Positions 1-13,233 are shown, numbered from the whole stretch's first letter. The stretch: DNA of 63,068 bases, filler included, from Octopus bimaculoides (GCF_001194135.2; 6 parts of 6 records of this genome joined end to end with filler, not necessarily neighbours in it); one strand, 5' to 3'. Numbers and translations: made by a program. The notes: generated by a model from the sequence alone, not told the origin.

Positions 1-392
1 CATAGTGTGGTGTGTGCGTACGAGTAGATGTAATCGCCTTACCTCGGTTTTCCTTTCCTCGACTGTGAGTCCGTCTTGCAGTATCCGATCCTTGAAGCTT
101 GCCCCGTTCGAAAAGGGCACGAACGCCGATCGAGGCTCCCTCTGCCCTGTTTCCCCTTCCGGTCGACTCGCCCTTCCGGTCAGCCTCCCCAGACACTGAC
201 GTCATACCACACATAGCAACCTCAATAGTGTTGGACCAGAAAAAAATGCACCCAGTACACTCTATAAAGTGGTTGATATTAAGAAAGAAGTCCAGCCACA
301 AATTCACGCCAAAGCAAGCATGATGTTGTCCTTTGGCCCATCAGATCCTGTCAATCGATCCAACCCTAACTAGCAGAGAAGACAGGCATTAT

Positions 393-611
393 CCCTTTTG
401 TTACCATATTTCTGTTGAGATGTTCTGTGTTTCTTTCAATTAATTATAAATATAACAAAGAATTTATGAAAATAACTTAGTTATCATTAAGATAGTGTTA
501 GGAACATAAATTGTGACTAAGGTTTCATCGAAGATTTTAATTCAGAACTTTTGCAAACAAGATATTTATACTACAGAGCCAGTGGTTTCAGGCGGGTTAA
601 TATCAAAAGGG
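393..611. mobile_element. piggyBac-type MITE (about 220 bp)
   Basis: Left end CCCTTTTGTTACC preceded by TTAT; right end GGTTAATATCAAAAGGG followed by TTAA. CCCTTT termini at TTAA-like sites are typical of piggyBac. Confidence 0.75.
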
Positions 612-827
612 TTAAAAGATGATGATGATAAAATTATAGACAAACATTGATGAACATATATACACACTTTCATGTATATACATAATTTGTATGTGAACAA
701 AATTTACATCTCAATAATCTTGATTGCCATAAGCACACATGCACGCAAGCATATAAAAAAAAGACACAATACTAAATTCTAATATTAAAAGAAATTTGAA
801 ACTTAAAAAACATCATTGATTACTTAC

Positions 828-954
828 ATCATCAGATAAAGGTTGCGGATCAACTGTTGGCCGATTTAGTTTTGCAGTAACATATTTATTAAGTTCTGCT
901 AATAGCATCTTGTTAATAACTTTCTCAAGTTCTGCTAATTGAGAGCCCAAATGC
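828..954 (-). CDS. VPS54: VPS54 (GARP complex subunit) internal coding exon, 127 bp
   Basis: Minus strand ttacag|G CAT TTG... reads (R)HLGSQLAELEKVINKMLLAELNKYVTAKLNRPTVDPQPLSDD|gtaagt. It resembles vertebrate VPS54 'RHLGSQLCELEKLIDKMM...DLNRP' (from memory). The phase-2 start fits the exon at 2382-2524. Confidence 0.95.
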
Positions 955-1106
955 CTGTAAAAATAATTATTGATAATAGTAAAATACAGGTTCTGGGATG
1001 GCTGTGTGTTTAAGAAGTTTACTTAGCAGTGGGAGAGAACCTAAAATGATGATTTTTTAAAGCAAACTTTGTAACCACAAAGCCATGCCACTGCTTATAC
1101 TGTAAG

Positions 1107-2315
1107 CACGGTATATCAAAAAATGTAAAAACACATTGAATGATTATTATATCAGTGTTTATTAAATACAATTCATTTTCAAAGTTTAATAAAATCTACA
1201 GACAGAATTTCATTTTGTTTTTATGAATGTCAGTTTTCAAACTTTATGACTGTTCTCGTCCAAGCACTTCTGATAATATGCAGCTATGAAATTGCAAATA
1301 TCAAAAAACATTTCATTAGTATTTGTACATATTCTTATTCTATGGCTGTCCTCAATTCATTGACTGTTGCAAGTTTTGTACCATAAACTCTTTTAAATAT
1401 CACCATAAAAAAGTTTAATGGTGTGAGGTCCAGTGAACATGAGAGGTATTCTGCTGAACCTCTTCATCCAATCTACCTGTTTGGCAAAATCTCATCAAGG
1501 CAGGCCCTTACATTACTCTAGTAGTGTGGGATGGACTATCTTGCTGGAAATAAAACTCCACCATCAAAGTTCTTTTGAATGCTTGGCATGACATAATGTC
1601 ACAGCAAGTTTAAGTATATGGACCAGTCACAGTACAATAAAAAAGAATAGTCAAATTAATCCTTTTGATGATACAGTAACTCCTTGCAAATTAACATGAT
1701 GTTCCTCCATAATATGCAGATTCTCAGGTCACCAGTAAGTGCAACTGTGACAGTTAATCAAGCCATTTAATTTAAATGTAGCCCGATCATTCCAAGCCAT
1801 CTTTGTTGGAAAGTGTGAATCTTTCACACATCTTGCCAAGTACCAATCTCAAAAAATCCACAATCATCTTCATTGGGAGCATGGACTATCAACCTTTCCA
1901 AATATAGCAATTTAAAATGTGACGGATGCTTGACTTTGAGATTCCTCTCTCATGATCTACTTGCCATGCAGATTTTCTTGAACTCTAACAATATGTTTCT
2001 AATACCCTTTCTTACTTTGTGGGGTTCATCAATATCTGCAGTCTTCTAAAACATTTCTTGTGGGCATTCTGAAAATTCCATCTGCTTCAAACTTATCTCT
2101 AATTCAACTGATGGTTAGACATGTGGATAGATCTGTTTGAAACTCCCACTTAAACTGTTTTATGCATTTTCATTGTTTTCAAATTTCCAATAGCACTTTA
2201 GGATAAATTTCCTTTGTTCAAAACTGAATCTGATTTCCTTCCTTATTTATAATGGGTTAAAACTAAAAAGAAATGAAAATTGAGTTACCAACAGCTAAAG
2301 TGTGTTTATACTCTG
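1107..2315 (-). mobile_element. Decayed Tc1/mariner transposon
   Basis: Minus-strand frames give broken transposase motifs (FEQRKFILKCYWKFEN..., ENxHIMEEHHVNL, FQQDxxxxHYT, SxDLTPL). The right end ..TATACTCTG|TA has a degenerate left counterpart. Many stops and frameshifts. Confidence 0.8.
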
Positions 2316-2381
2316 TATACATAAAACTTACAATGATGATGATGATGATGATATAAAGTTACATGGAAATCAATGACATAC

Positions 2382-2524
2382 CTGAAAGAATGAATACCAG
2401 CTAGTTCTTGAGCTAAGACTTCTTGTGTAGTAGATATGAGATCCAGGGCTCCTACAAACTCATTAGTTGACAAGAGTAACTGTATTGTTGGTTGAGTTTG
2501 ATGTACAGTCGATATCAATTTCAG
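2382..2524 (-). CDS. VPS54: VPS54 internal coding exon, 143 bp
   Basis: atttcag|CTG AAA TTG reads LKLISTVHQTQPTIQLLLSTNEFVGALDLISTTQEVLAQELAGIHSF(R)|gtatgt, nearly identical to the conserved VPS54 segment. It starts in phase 0 and ends in phase 2. Confidence 0.97.
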
Positions 2525-2584
2525 CTGAAATGAAAATACAAATAATTTTGTTAAAATTCTTGTTCCTCTGGTTCCTTACATTCT

Positions 2585-2700
2585 AGGTGGTGAATTAGCA
2601 GAGTGTTATAGCATTGGCTAATCTTACTAAGGTCAACTTTGCTTTTCATCCTTTTAGGGGTCAATAAAAAAGTACCAATCCAAGGCATTAGATTGGCAGG
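2585..2700 (+). mobile_element. Degenerate OR2-like SINE
   Basis: GGTGGTGAATTAGCAGA head and AAGGTCAACTTTGCTTTTCATCCTTTTAGGGGTCAATAA core shared with other copies in the window. Confidence 0.6.
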
Positions 2701-3224
2701 ACTTTAAAAAGACTAGAACAGATGCCCAGTGGTATTTATTCCAGTTCTTTCATTCTTTTGGATTTGAGAAAACAAGTACCAATTCAGTGGTAGATTTGTA
2801 AGACCATCAAACAAGATACCTTATGGTATTTTTTCAACATAATTGCATTGACTTCAAATTCTGTCATGGCCTAATTGGATGGTATAAATAATCAATTATC
2901 CAGTTTAACATTACCACCTGACACCTTGTGTACCCTTAGTGAATTCTACTCTGTTGCAAACATCTAGGCTTTGTCTCCAGTTTGAGGACACCTTTCATCT
3001 TCCCTCCCTCTTCCCATTCTTAGAGGTTCTATAAAGAGTCTAGAAACAGGAGTTAAAAAAACACACATTCTAATTAGCATCTCCAAAACATCTCTAAAAT
3101 ACAATAATCTATCCTAACCTGCCTTTTTTTCATTTGTTTTCCCACTAAACACCTAATTCAGAAACCTAACGCCATTTACAATCTCTTTCTCCCTCTCTCT
3201 CTCTCTCGCACACACACACACAGC

Positions 3225-3370
3225 ATCATCATCATCATTTTGTGTCTACTTTTCATGATGGCATGGGTTGGATGGATCATTCATGCACTCCTACATGAGT
3301 TGGAGAACCACATCTTACTTTTAATTTTCATTTCTGGTTTGTTTTCTATGGCTGGGTGACTTTCCTAACA
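3225..3370 (-). mobile_element. RTE-type LINE 3' UTR fragment with (GAT)n tail
   Basis: (CAT)n followed by ..TTTCATGATGGCATGGGTTGGATGG, the motif repeated at 13728, 23631, 29918 and 47264. Confidence 0.55.
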
Positions 3371-3851
3371 CTTACTAGTGTCTACTGGGTGAATTTTTTG
3401 TGGCACCAGCACTAGAGAGAATAAGAGTGAGAGAGTAATAGATAATAAGATGTGGATAAAGGGTGACAGTATATGGTGGATGATAATGCCAAATGCCCAT
3501 GGGAAGAATGTGAAGTACATTGCAGATCTCATAAAGTACTTTATGCATATGCCTTGACACAAGATGGATGAGAGGCATAGAATGAGAAAGGGAGAAGTGG
3601 AGTGTTGGAATCAAGGTCAGACAGATCCAGTAGGCATCCCATCTAAAAGGATGAACAGAACATTATCCTTAATCACACAGGCACCATAGTACTAAGTGAG
3701 TGAAAAAAAGAGAGTGATTGAAAGATGAGCAAGACAGGCATGAGTTATTGAAGGTATGGTTGATAAATGCAGAAGTGTCAAATGAGTGATAAGTGGAACA
3801 GAGAGAAAATAGGTTATCAAGGAGGCCAAAGATGTCAACTTGACAATAGGC

Positions 3852-4505
3852 ATGAAATCAAAAGGCCTCAAAGTTAACTTAGCAAAAACCAAAGTTTTAA
3901 TAAGTAGGAAAACAAACAGGACTGCTTCCATCAGGGAAATGGCTTTGTTCAATAGGTAGAAAAGGAATAGGTAAGAATTTCATATAGTGTGCTCAAAGCA
4001 GTGGTCTTGCAGGAAAGTTAACAAAGCAGACTGTGTATGTGACAGATGTGCAGAAGCAATAAATACTAAAAATGCATGGGGTATAGATTTTCTTGAATAC
4101 CCTGGTAGATCCTGGAAGTAATGAGCAGCTTCTGTTAACAGCAGAGAAGAGTGCTCTTAAAGTATAGCTGCTAGAATAAGAACAGGTTGGAGAAAATTCA
4201 GAGAGTTATTATCTTTATTAGTGACAAAAGGTTTCCCTAACAGAGTGAAAAGCAGATTGTATAATGCTTTTATGTATGAACAGCAATGTTATACAGTAGC
4301 CAGATGTGGGTCCTGAATATATGTGAAGACTAAAAAGAAATGAAGCTAACATGCTCTGTTACAAGTGCAATATAAGTGTGTATGAACAACAAAGTACAAA
4401 TATGTATTAAAAGAAAAATTGGGCACATAAGGAATCAGATGTAGTGTGCATGAGAGAAACTAAATTAGTATGCTCATGCAATGCTTATAAAGAAGTGCCA
4501 ATTGC
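3852..4505 (+). mobile_element. RTE-clade LINE ORF2 C-terminal fragment (decayed)
   Basis: MKSKGLKVNLAKTKVLISRK and AARIRTGWRKFRELLSLLVTKGF are post-RT RTE motifs, paralogous to the copy at about 6500-6600. Confidence 0.75.
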
Positions 4506-5100
4506 TCAATCCTTTAGCATTTAAACCAGTCATATCCTACTTGTTTTATATTCAAGCTCTCGCACCAACTCTACAATATCATTCTAAAAATTAACAGCTT
4601 CCTCACCAAAATCTTCTGCCTCATCTCTAGGCTCACCCTACCATTTCATCCCAACTATCTTTATTTCTCTTTCCAGCTCCAGACTAATTATGCAACCTGC
4701 TCTTGTATAATACAAGCAGTCATGCTTTTCCTCTTTAGCAAGAAACCTGTTCCAGCTCCTTCCTTCATACTTCAATCTTTCATCACCTTACATAATGTTG
4801 CCTCCCTAGTTCCATGCAGCTTGTGAAGTTACAAGATACATGGCAACCTCACTTGTGCTGGTACCACAATAAAAGCACCAAATACACTCAGTAAAGTGAT
4901 TGGTATTAGTAAGGGCATTCAGCCATAGAAACCATGCCAAAGAAGACACTGAAAACTAATGCAATCCTCAGACCTGTTGGATCTTATCAGACCATCCAAC
5001 CCAAGTTAGCCTAGAACATGGACATGAAAAGATGATGATGGTGATGATAATATTAATATGTGTGTGTGCATGCATCTGTGTGTACACACACACAGACAGA

Positions 5101-6760
5101 CCAAGGTGAAGAGTGTACATCCCAACATAGGCTACTAGTTTGTGACTTCAGAATTAAGTCTAGAGAGACTTGGAGAAATAAATCATGCTGGACAAGATTA
5201 TGGAAGCTTGAGACCCAGCAAACCAACAAAAATTTACAGACATTCTACCAGAAGCCTCTGATGATAGAGAGGAAGAGGAGGAGGGGACATATAGCTTAGA
5301 GGATAACTGGAAGTTCCTGCATGACAATTTACTGGGTGCCACTAACCAAATCTGTAGTTGGTGCGAAGTTCCAGCTAGGCCAAGGGTGATATGGTGGTGG
5401 AACAAGGAGGTGAACAGTGCTATAAAAGTGAAGAGACAGATCTGGAAGGACTGGAAAACTGGTGGAAGCAGAGCATTATACCAGGGAGCCAGAAGGGAAG
5501 CTAAGTGACAGGTTTACATAGCAAAAGGAATAGCAGAAGGTAAGAAGTTTTCCAATGTTATTCAGCATGAGGCAGCAGGTGTTCAGGATTGCAAAACAAT
5601 CAGAGAGAATAGAGATGTAGTACGTGAGAAATTGTAGTACGTGCAAATGGATAATGATCTACTTGTGCTTAGTGACTTAGAGAAGAAAGATGCATGAAAA
5701 TGTTATTATGAAAGTTTATTAAATATGGAGAATGATTACAAAGATAGTCTTTCAAATATTGAACCAATCGAGGGACCAGGTATCAGAGTTGATAGTAGTA
5801 TCATAGATAGGGCAATTAAAGATATAATAACTGGGAAAGTCCTGGACCATTGGGTATCACTGCCAAGATGATTAAAGTATCAGGCAGTGTGGGATACAGC
5901 CAAGTCATTCGCAAAGTTAATCAGTTTATTCAGGAAGACATCAACCCCAATGACTGGTGTAGTAGTATTATAGTTAGCTGCTACAAGGGTAAAAGTGATG
6001 CCTTAGATAGAAATAACTACAGAGGTATTAAACAGCTGGGCCAGGTCATGAAAATTACAGGGAGTTACGTCTTAGATGAAATGTAGTTTGGTTTTGTTCC
6101 AGGGAGAAGTAACACAGATGCCATCTTCCTAGTGAGACAGTTGCAAGAACAGTATTTGGCCAAAAGTAAACCAATGTACTTAGCCTTCATCAACCTGAAG
6201 AAAGCTTTCGACAGGGTTCCCTGCTCTCTTATCTTGTGGTCTCTCAGGAAGCTAAGAGTAGAGGAGTGACTTGTCAGAGCTGTACAAGCCAGGTACAGCA
6301 GTGCTGTCAGTAAGGTGAGAGTCAGCCTTGAATATAGTGATGAATTTAGTGTAGTAGTTGGAGTTCATCAGGGATCAGTTTTTAGTCCACTCTTACTTAA
6401 AAGAGAAATTCTAAATTGGATGCCTATGGGAACTGCTAATGCTGATGATCTTGCTCTTATTGCAGAATCTAGAGCAGAATTGGAGAAGTTCTGGGTTTGG
6501 AAACAAAACCTGAAATCAAAGGGCCTTAAAATTAACTTAGCAATGACTAAAGTTGTTGTTAGCAAGAAAGCAGATAAGACTCTCTTTCCATCGGGTAAAC
6601 GGCCCTGTTGAATATATAGGAAAGGAGTGGGATGTAAGACATGGGATGAAGTGGTGAGGACCAATCTTAGGATGTTGAGGTTCATCAAGGAAATAACAAT
6701 GGACCAAAATGTCTTGCAATATGAGGTTCTAGAGAAAACCCACCCACATCAGCAAAACTG
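5101..6760 (+). mobile_element. RTE-clade LINE, endonuclease end plus RT, pseudogenised
   Basis: ECTSQHRLLVCDF, DALDRNNYRGIK, FGFVPGRSNTDAIFLVRQLQEQYL, LAFINLKKAFDRVP, VGVHQGSVFSPLL, ADDLALIAES, GLKINLAMTK. Multiple stops and frameshifts. Confidence 0.92.
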
Positions 6761-6779
6761 GGTGTGTTGTGTTCTATCC

Positions 6780-6990
6780 ATATGTAGCAACAAACTTTTC
6801 ACACACCCAACCCCAAGAAACCAAACTACATTTCCTCTACTAAACTGCATCTTTCTCTTCCTTGCATTTCCTCTTCATAAACTATGATTGTCTTCCAATC
6901 CTTTTTTCTGCCCTCACTGCCCAGTTATATAGCTGCTTGCCCCCACCACTTTTTATACCCAGGTTTTTGCCAGTCGCTGCTTACCTATGA
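6780..6990. repeat. Unclassified dispersed repeat, second copy at about 28950-29130
   Basis: Shared CATATGTAGCAACAAACTTTTCACACACCC...TATACCCAGGTTTT blocks at both loci. Confidence 0.5.
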
Positions 6991-7571
6991 ATTTTGATTT
7001 GTAATCCATATTTGAACTGAAGTATGAATTTGTAAAAGGGATGTTCATAGTTAGAACACTTTTTTTCTTACTAATGTGAAAAAACAATCTGTGAATCAAT
7101 AAAAAAAAAATGGGTTAATGTCTACCTTTCCAAGCTAGCATGGGGAGGAGAGAATTTGTTGAGGCAGATTTAGCCAGATGCTCTTTCTGTTACCAACCCT
7201 CATCTGTTTCCAAGCAAGGTAATGTTTTCCCATGGCCAGGCATGTTTTTCAAGGATGACAGGAAATGAACTTGCATCACTTGCATAATATTCATGTTAGG
7301 AAAATTGGATAAAAAAAAATTGGATAAATAAAAATTGTAGGATGGGCTAGGCTGGAAGCTTTCCTTCTAATAAAATTGAAAATTTCTGATTCCATAAAAA
7401 AGTCAAAATGGTCATAGTTGGAAGACTTTTATTCTTATGAATGTTTATTTATAAACAGTTTCTGATACTTTGGCTTGACTTCTGAAATTTGCATATCATT
7501 AGCATATATGCAAAGAACAAAATAAATTGGACTGTTCTGATTTGCTTTTGCAAAATTTCTTTCTGACCATA

Positions 7572-7950
7572 AAGCACATCCTTAAAATAGCTAGGACTGC
7601 ATTCCAAAGATTAGTCTTTCTTGTCGAGGAAAGAAAATATTTCAAGCCCTAACAATTACTAAAACTCTACAAAGCTCAAGTGAAGCCAACAATGGAATAC
7701 TGCTCTCACATTTGAGAGTGCTGCTATTACATACACAGACATCCTAGACTGCATCCCTGAGAAAAGTTACCCAACTGATAGGCATTAAAATTACTAGCAG
7801 GCACATTCCAGCCTCTAGCCCATAAGTATGCTATAGCCTTTTCTCCATCTTTTCAAGCACTACTATATGGCCTGACCTCATAGGTCCTTTAATTAGACAC
7901 TCTTAACACAACCATGTCCTCACGTCATCTGGATTTCTAACAGCAGCATT
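7572..7950 (+). mobile_element. CR1/Jockey-group LINE 3' ORF fragment
   Basis: LLKLYKAQVKPTMEYCSHI* is the characteristic post-RT 'LYKAQVRPxMEYCSHIW' motif. Confidence 0.7.
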
Positions 7951-8733
7951 GTCTTTGCTCCTGTCACAATCTACATGGCTTGTTTAGAGGACTTATCTGA
8001 AAAATAATTTTGTTTTTCATTGTTTTTGAAATTTGACACAGCTTTGCAGCTTGCTGGATCCTGTCAAACCATTTGACCCATGCTAGGAGCCTAATTTTGA
8101 TTTGTTTTATTGAAATATTTGCTGTAATGTATTTCTTTATAGTGAAAATCATATAGCCTTGTTTCAACAACATTATTGTTGAGGATCGTAAAAATTCATT
8201 ATAGTGAAAAATTTTTTCAACGGTATTTGTTATAAAAGAATTTTGATTGTATAACATGTCACTTCATTAATTAAGTTGGAGTTGGTATATTTTTACTCAC
8301 TATGTCTAACTATAATATAATGCACTAACATTCTCAGTTTCACAAATATCAATTTTACTGTTTTCTGCATTGAAAACAATAAAATCAGATTTAAGGTCTT
8401 CTATGAAGGTGGCTTTGGTAGAAGCAATTCTATCTCTAAGAACAAGATGTTAGTAAATTTTGGATTTGAATTTTTGATTTAATTTACATGTTATTTCCAC
8501 TTTAAATTGTCTATGCTGTTTCCATTTTAACATTTACTACTTATATGTGATTAGTCTAATTACAGATAAAGGAGACAGTATGTTGTGCCATAAATTGAAG
8601 AGTAGTAGTCAAAGATTTCATGTACCAACTCCATAGTTCTGCCAACAACTCCTCTTATCAATCACTTATATAAATACATATTGTGTTAAAGAAAGTTATC
8701 AGAGACCTGTAAGAAAATTACCAGGAAGCCTAC

Positions 8734-8833
8734 CTTGTTGTGGAGTTTTGCATAATTTGTCCTTGCTCTTGATAGCTTCAATATTTTTAAAGACCCCTTT
8801 GCCAGTGTTTCTTCAAGTGCATGAATTTTGTCC
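8734..8833 (-). CDS. VPS54: VPS54 internal coding exon, 100 bp
   Basis: tttatctag|G GAC AAA reads (R)DKIHALEETLAKGSLKILKLSRARTNYAKLHNK|gtaggc, resembling vertebrate 'RDKIAQIDKVMCEGSLHILRLALTRNNCVKVYNK'. It ends in phase 0 and joins LKL of the next exon. Confidence 0.92.
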
Positions 8834-9140
8834 CTAGATAAAGTATTAAATTTGTGAGAATTAAGAAACAGAAAAGAGGTATAGATATGACTGTGTGGTA
8901 ACAAACTCCATGGCTTTCAGTTCTATCCCACTTCATTACACCATATAGTTATATTCTACAATACTTTGGTAGATGTAGACTATACAGAAGCTTATTGTGT
9001 GCACATGTGTGTGTATAATATATTCATTATTAACGACTGAAGCATTATTAGGTCAATATGTTAGCAATATGTTTACATGCTTAAAGCGTGTATATGTTGA
9101 AAGCCTTGCGTAAGTATCTCTTATAGACATATAGTATTAA

Positions 9141-11141
9141 CCCTTTCATTACTAACCCGGCCGTAGCCGGACGAAAAATTTTTTGGTCCATAAGACCAAT
9201 CCAGTCATATCCAGCTGAGTGTATCCATTGTTATTTAAATGTAAATTTGAATCCAAGTCTCGTTAGTACATTCGTGAAAACACATGATTTCACTTTGCAA
9301 ACAGTTGAGTTATTGTATCCGACATTGTTTGGCATGATATTTTAACTCGGTGAATTTTGGAAGATTTTTTTCCACATTTTTTTTGGCATAAATTTTCTTC
9401 AACTTTGAAAATAGAGAGGAGTTTCATGCTATCAAGCAGTGATTCCAAATTTGAAGGCTTTTCAACAGAAGATATAGAGATATCGAGGAAAAGAATGAAT
9501 GAGGTACAAAAGCATGTGGTGGATGAAAATGAATTGGATATTTCTGTATCCAAAACCAAAAGCAGCGATTCTGAAGAAACTGAAAGCAGCGACAGCGACA
9601 TCGAGGATGATTTTACACCAGAATGGAGTAAAAACTTAAAACACATTTTTATTAACANNNNNNNNNNNNNNNNNNNNNNNNNNNNNNNNNNNNNNNNNNN
9701 NNNNNNNNNNNNNNNNNNNNNNNNNNNNNNNNNNNNNNNNNNNNNNNNNNNNNNNNNNNNNNNNNNNNNNNNNNNNNNNNNNNNNNNNNNNNNNNNNNNN
9801 NNNNNNNNNNNNNNNNNNNNNNNNNNNNNNNCTTTTTATTTTTTATTTTTTTCTAGCATGCTTGCTTGAAGCAATCACTGCAGAAACAAACTGTTACACA
9901 GAATGTAAACAAGCTAGAAAAAAAGATAGCTTGTGGTTTCCTGCAATCGTTGATGAAATACGGGCATTTTTTGCCATAAATATTATTATGGGTATTAAGA
10001 CAGTTACCCAGAATTACAAATTACAGGAGCCTTTTAGCGATCAGTATGTTTCCAGTATTATGACCCGAATACGATTTGTGAAACTGAACCAGTATTTACA
10101 TGTGAGAGACACTAGCAGTACCCCAGTACATGGAGAACCAAACTTTGATCCCTTATTTAAAATAAGACCCCTCATCAACTGCATTCAAAATGCATATAAA
10201 ACATTTTACAATCCTAGGAGATACGTATCCGTTGATGAGGGTATGGTGGGGTATAAAGGAAGGATACACTTCCGACAGCATATGCCAGGAAAGCCCACAA
10301 AATAGGGGATCAAAGTTTGGAAAATTTGTGAAGCAAATACTAGGTACTGCTGTGGATTTAGCTTCTATACAGGGAAAAGAGACAATAATGTTAGTCAGCA
10401 TGGCCTAGGGTACGATGTGGTCTGGAATTTATCACTTCCATACCATAACCAGGGCCATATATTATTTTTTGACCGATTTTCTAGTTCGGTCAAACTTGTG
10501 GTAGATTTAGAAGCTGTGGTAACGTATACGTGTGCTGCGGTAATTGCTAGTAGAAAAGGGTTGCCGTTGGATAAAAAAAAAGCAAAATTAAAAAAGAGGT
10601 GAAATAATCTAACGGCAGAAAGGAAATCTGCTAGCAACCACATAGAGATAAGAGACAGATAAATTTTCTATCTACCAGTGCACAACCATGTGTAGATTGG
10701 CTGAACCAGATGATGAGTTATTATCCGGTTGGTAGACCGGGTAATAAATGGTGGTGATACCTGGTTTGGTATATAGTAAACATGAGCATTGTAAATGCAT
10801 TTATATTATATACCAAATCAGGAGGGGTTCGCAAGTGGTGTGACCATCTGCAGTTTCGAGCAGATGTAGCAACGCAGTTGAGGGCAGGTTATTCGTCCAA
10901 AAAAATAACTGCAGGAAGGAAAAGCAAAGCCTGCCAGAGAGATATTCCTCTGAGTTCAGCCGATCTACATAAATTAGAAAAAATCGGGGGTCGCAAAAGG
11001 CAGTGCCATGAATGTCTACATCAACAAAGAAAAACTCCCAGTGGACGGCCAGTTGAAACGTCTTTCCCATGTGCATTCTGCAAGGTTGCAGTATGTAGAG
11101 TGGGATGTTTTACAACTTTCCATGATAGAAATATTGTGTGA
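9141..11141 (+). mobile_element. Decayed piggyBac (PGBD4-like, DDE_Tnp_1_7) transposon; right TIR not found
   Basis: TTAA|CCCTTTCATTAC left end. Acidic N-terminus from ATG 9426, then DPLFKIRPL, VSVDEGMVGYKGR, FFDRF, CVDWLNQ, KWW*YL and a Cys-rich C-terminus (CHECL...CAFCKVAVCRVGCF). Stop at 10303-10305, frameshifts and an internal N gap. Confidence 0.92.
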
Positions 11142-11599
11142 ATATTGTTTGTGTATATATATATATATATAATTAGATTATATAAATATTTTTCAAATTT
11201 ACTTAGTTTTATTTTTTATTTTAATTTGATTAAAAGATCACTGATGTCACATTTAACCAGCAGGATGAACAGAAATTCATTATTAGCAATGCAGGCAATA
11301 TTACTTAAAGATCAGTGATCTGTATACATATGTATAGTGCAAAAACACTAATATATCAGCAGTAGGCAAAGGTTGCCCTGGATTCGCAGTTAAATTGCTG
11401 AATGTAGATTTGTGCTTGTTAACTTCTTCAGAAGGTATCTATTGTAGACATGCAGTATTTGCAGTTTAGCATGGATCAAATTAGTACACTAATTACCATG
11501 ATAGATTTGATCAGTATTTGTTGCATTGCATCATATGCTATAAGTTTGGATTCCTGTATAAGAAGAAATTGTGGGAACATAAGTTTTCCAAAGTAATAG

Positions 11600-12115
11600 A
11601 AAATAAGACACCACCATTCTTTGGGACTTTAACATTCAAACTGATTGAGCTATTTAGGTAAAACAATCACAATGACAAAACATTTGCTAATAAATATGTC
11701 AATCTCAGCAGGCTGCAACACTTCTGTGAAAACATTTGAAAAGTTAAATACAAGGACCTTAAAATAGAGGCCTCATATATATGGCTTCTAAGAACAACAA
11801 CTATACCTGTGATCACTGGAGCTTTGGGAATACCAAATAGTGTTCTTGAACACTACGGCCAAATACTAGGAAACTCAAAAGCATAAGAACTATAAAAGAA
11901 AATGTTCTCATTCTAAGAAAAACATTGTTAACCTACAAATACCTGATCCTCTTAAAACTTTTTCAAAACTAAAATATTACAAATTTAACAGAATCTTAGT
12001 TCTCAAATTCTGGTCTCTTTTCCCCACAATATATCACTGCTAATCATAGATAACACCCATAATACTTGCTGTTACCTGAGGGTGGCACTGGAACAGCTTG
12101 TATAAATGAACAACA
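11600..12115 (+). mobile_element. R4/Dong-like (restriction-like endonuclease) LINE, 3' fragment
   Basis: TILWDFNIQTD..., YKDLKIE, TTIPVITGALG motifs; it ends in (AAT)n. Confidence 0.75.
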
Positions 12116-12133
12116 ATAATAATAATAATCATA

Positions 12134-12343
12134 ATGGCTTCAAATTTTGGCACAAGGCCAGCAATTTCAGGGGAACAAGTAAGTCGACTATGTCAATCCC
12201 ACTGTTCAACTGGCACTTATTTTACTGATCCCAAAAGGGGTGAAAGGCAAAGTTGACCTCAGCAGAATTTGAACTCAGAACGTTAAGACAGATGAAATGC
12301 TACTAAGCATTTTGTCCAGAGAGCTAACAATTCTGTCAGCTCA
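12134..12343 (-). mobile_element. OR2-like tRNA-derived SINE
   Basis: Reverse complement of the GAGCTGGCAGAAT head and TTCTGAGTTCAAATT B-box region; flanked by (AAT)n. Confidence 0.85.
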
Positions 12344-12352
12344 AGGAGGATG

Positions 12353-12379
<27 letters not shown>

Positions 12380-12393
<14 letters not shown>

Positions 12394-12955
12394 GAATTTG
12401 GGATAAAACACTACAAAGGCACACAAGTTGGCCTGGGGAGAATATAAGAAATGAAGGCATGATCAAGTGGTGAAAGTTTTACACTGGAAGCTTTGTCAGA
12501 AATGGGAATTTAAAGCTGGAAGCACATAAGATATCATATCCTTAGGTAGAAAGAGTACTTGATTCAGAAAAATGCAATATTTTGTGGGATTTTTCAATTC
12601 AAATGGATAAGATAAAACAATAATAGACAAGGAAAAGTGAATTTCCTTACTGATTATTCTACCATGCCCATTTGATTCCAGGATTTTGAAGAAAGATGAA
12701 AAATTAAAAACAATTTATCCTCTTAAAATTTGAGATTGCAAAGATTTGGAATATGAAATCTGTAAAGGTTGTACACATGAAAATGAAATGGAATATCAGA
12801 GGTTCCACTGAAGATTTGCTTCTTAAGAAAGGGAAAGATCATCAGAAAGGTTTTGAGTACTTGATGGCTTACTGAAATTATGTGGATATCTAGGGTAACC
12901 CACTACCCACATAAATACTACAGAAATAGAACTAATCCTGAGTCAAGTCAAACAA
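12380..12955 (+). mobile_element. R4/Dong-like LINE 3' fragment
   Basis: RHDQVVKVLHWKLCQKW and CNILWDFSIQMDK (Zn-knuckle/RLE region); ends at (AAT)n. Confidence 0.75.
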
Positions 12956-12974
12956 CAATTATAATAATAATAAT

Positions 12975-13186
12975 CCTTTCTACTGGAAACACAAGGCCTC
13001 AAATTTGGGGGAATAGATTAAGTCGATTACATCAACCCCAGTACACAACTGGTACTTAATTTATTGATCCTGAAAGGATGAAAGGCCAAGTCGACCTCGG
13101 CGGAATTTCAACTCAGAATGTATTGACAGATGAAATACTGCTAAGCATTTCACCCAGCGTGCTAATGATTCTGCCAGCTCACTGCC

Positions 13187-13188
<2 letters not shown>
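12975..13188 (-). mobile_element. OR2-like SINE
   Basis: Full head-core-tail in reverse orientation between (AAT)n tracts. Confidence 0.9.
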
Positions 13189-13230
<42 letters not shown>

Positions 13231-13233
<3 letters not shown>

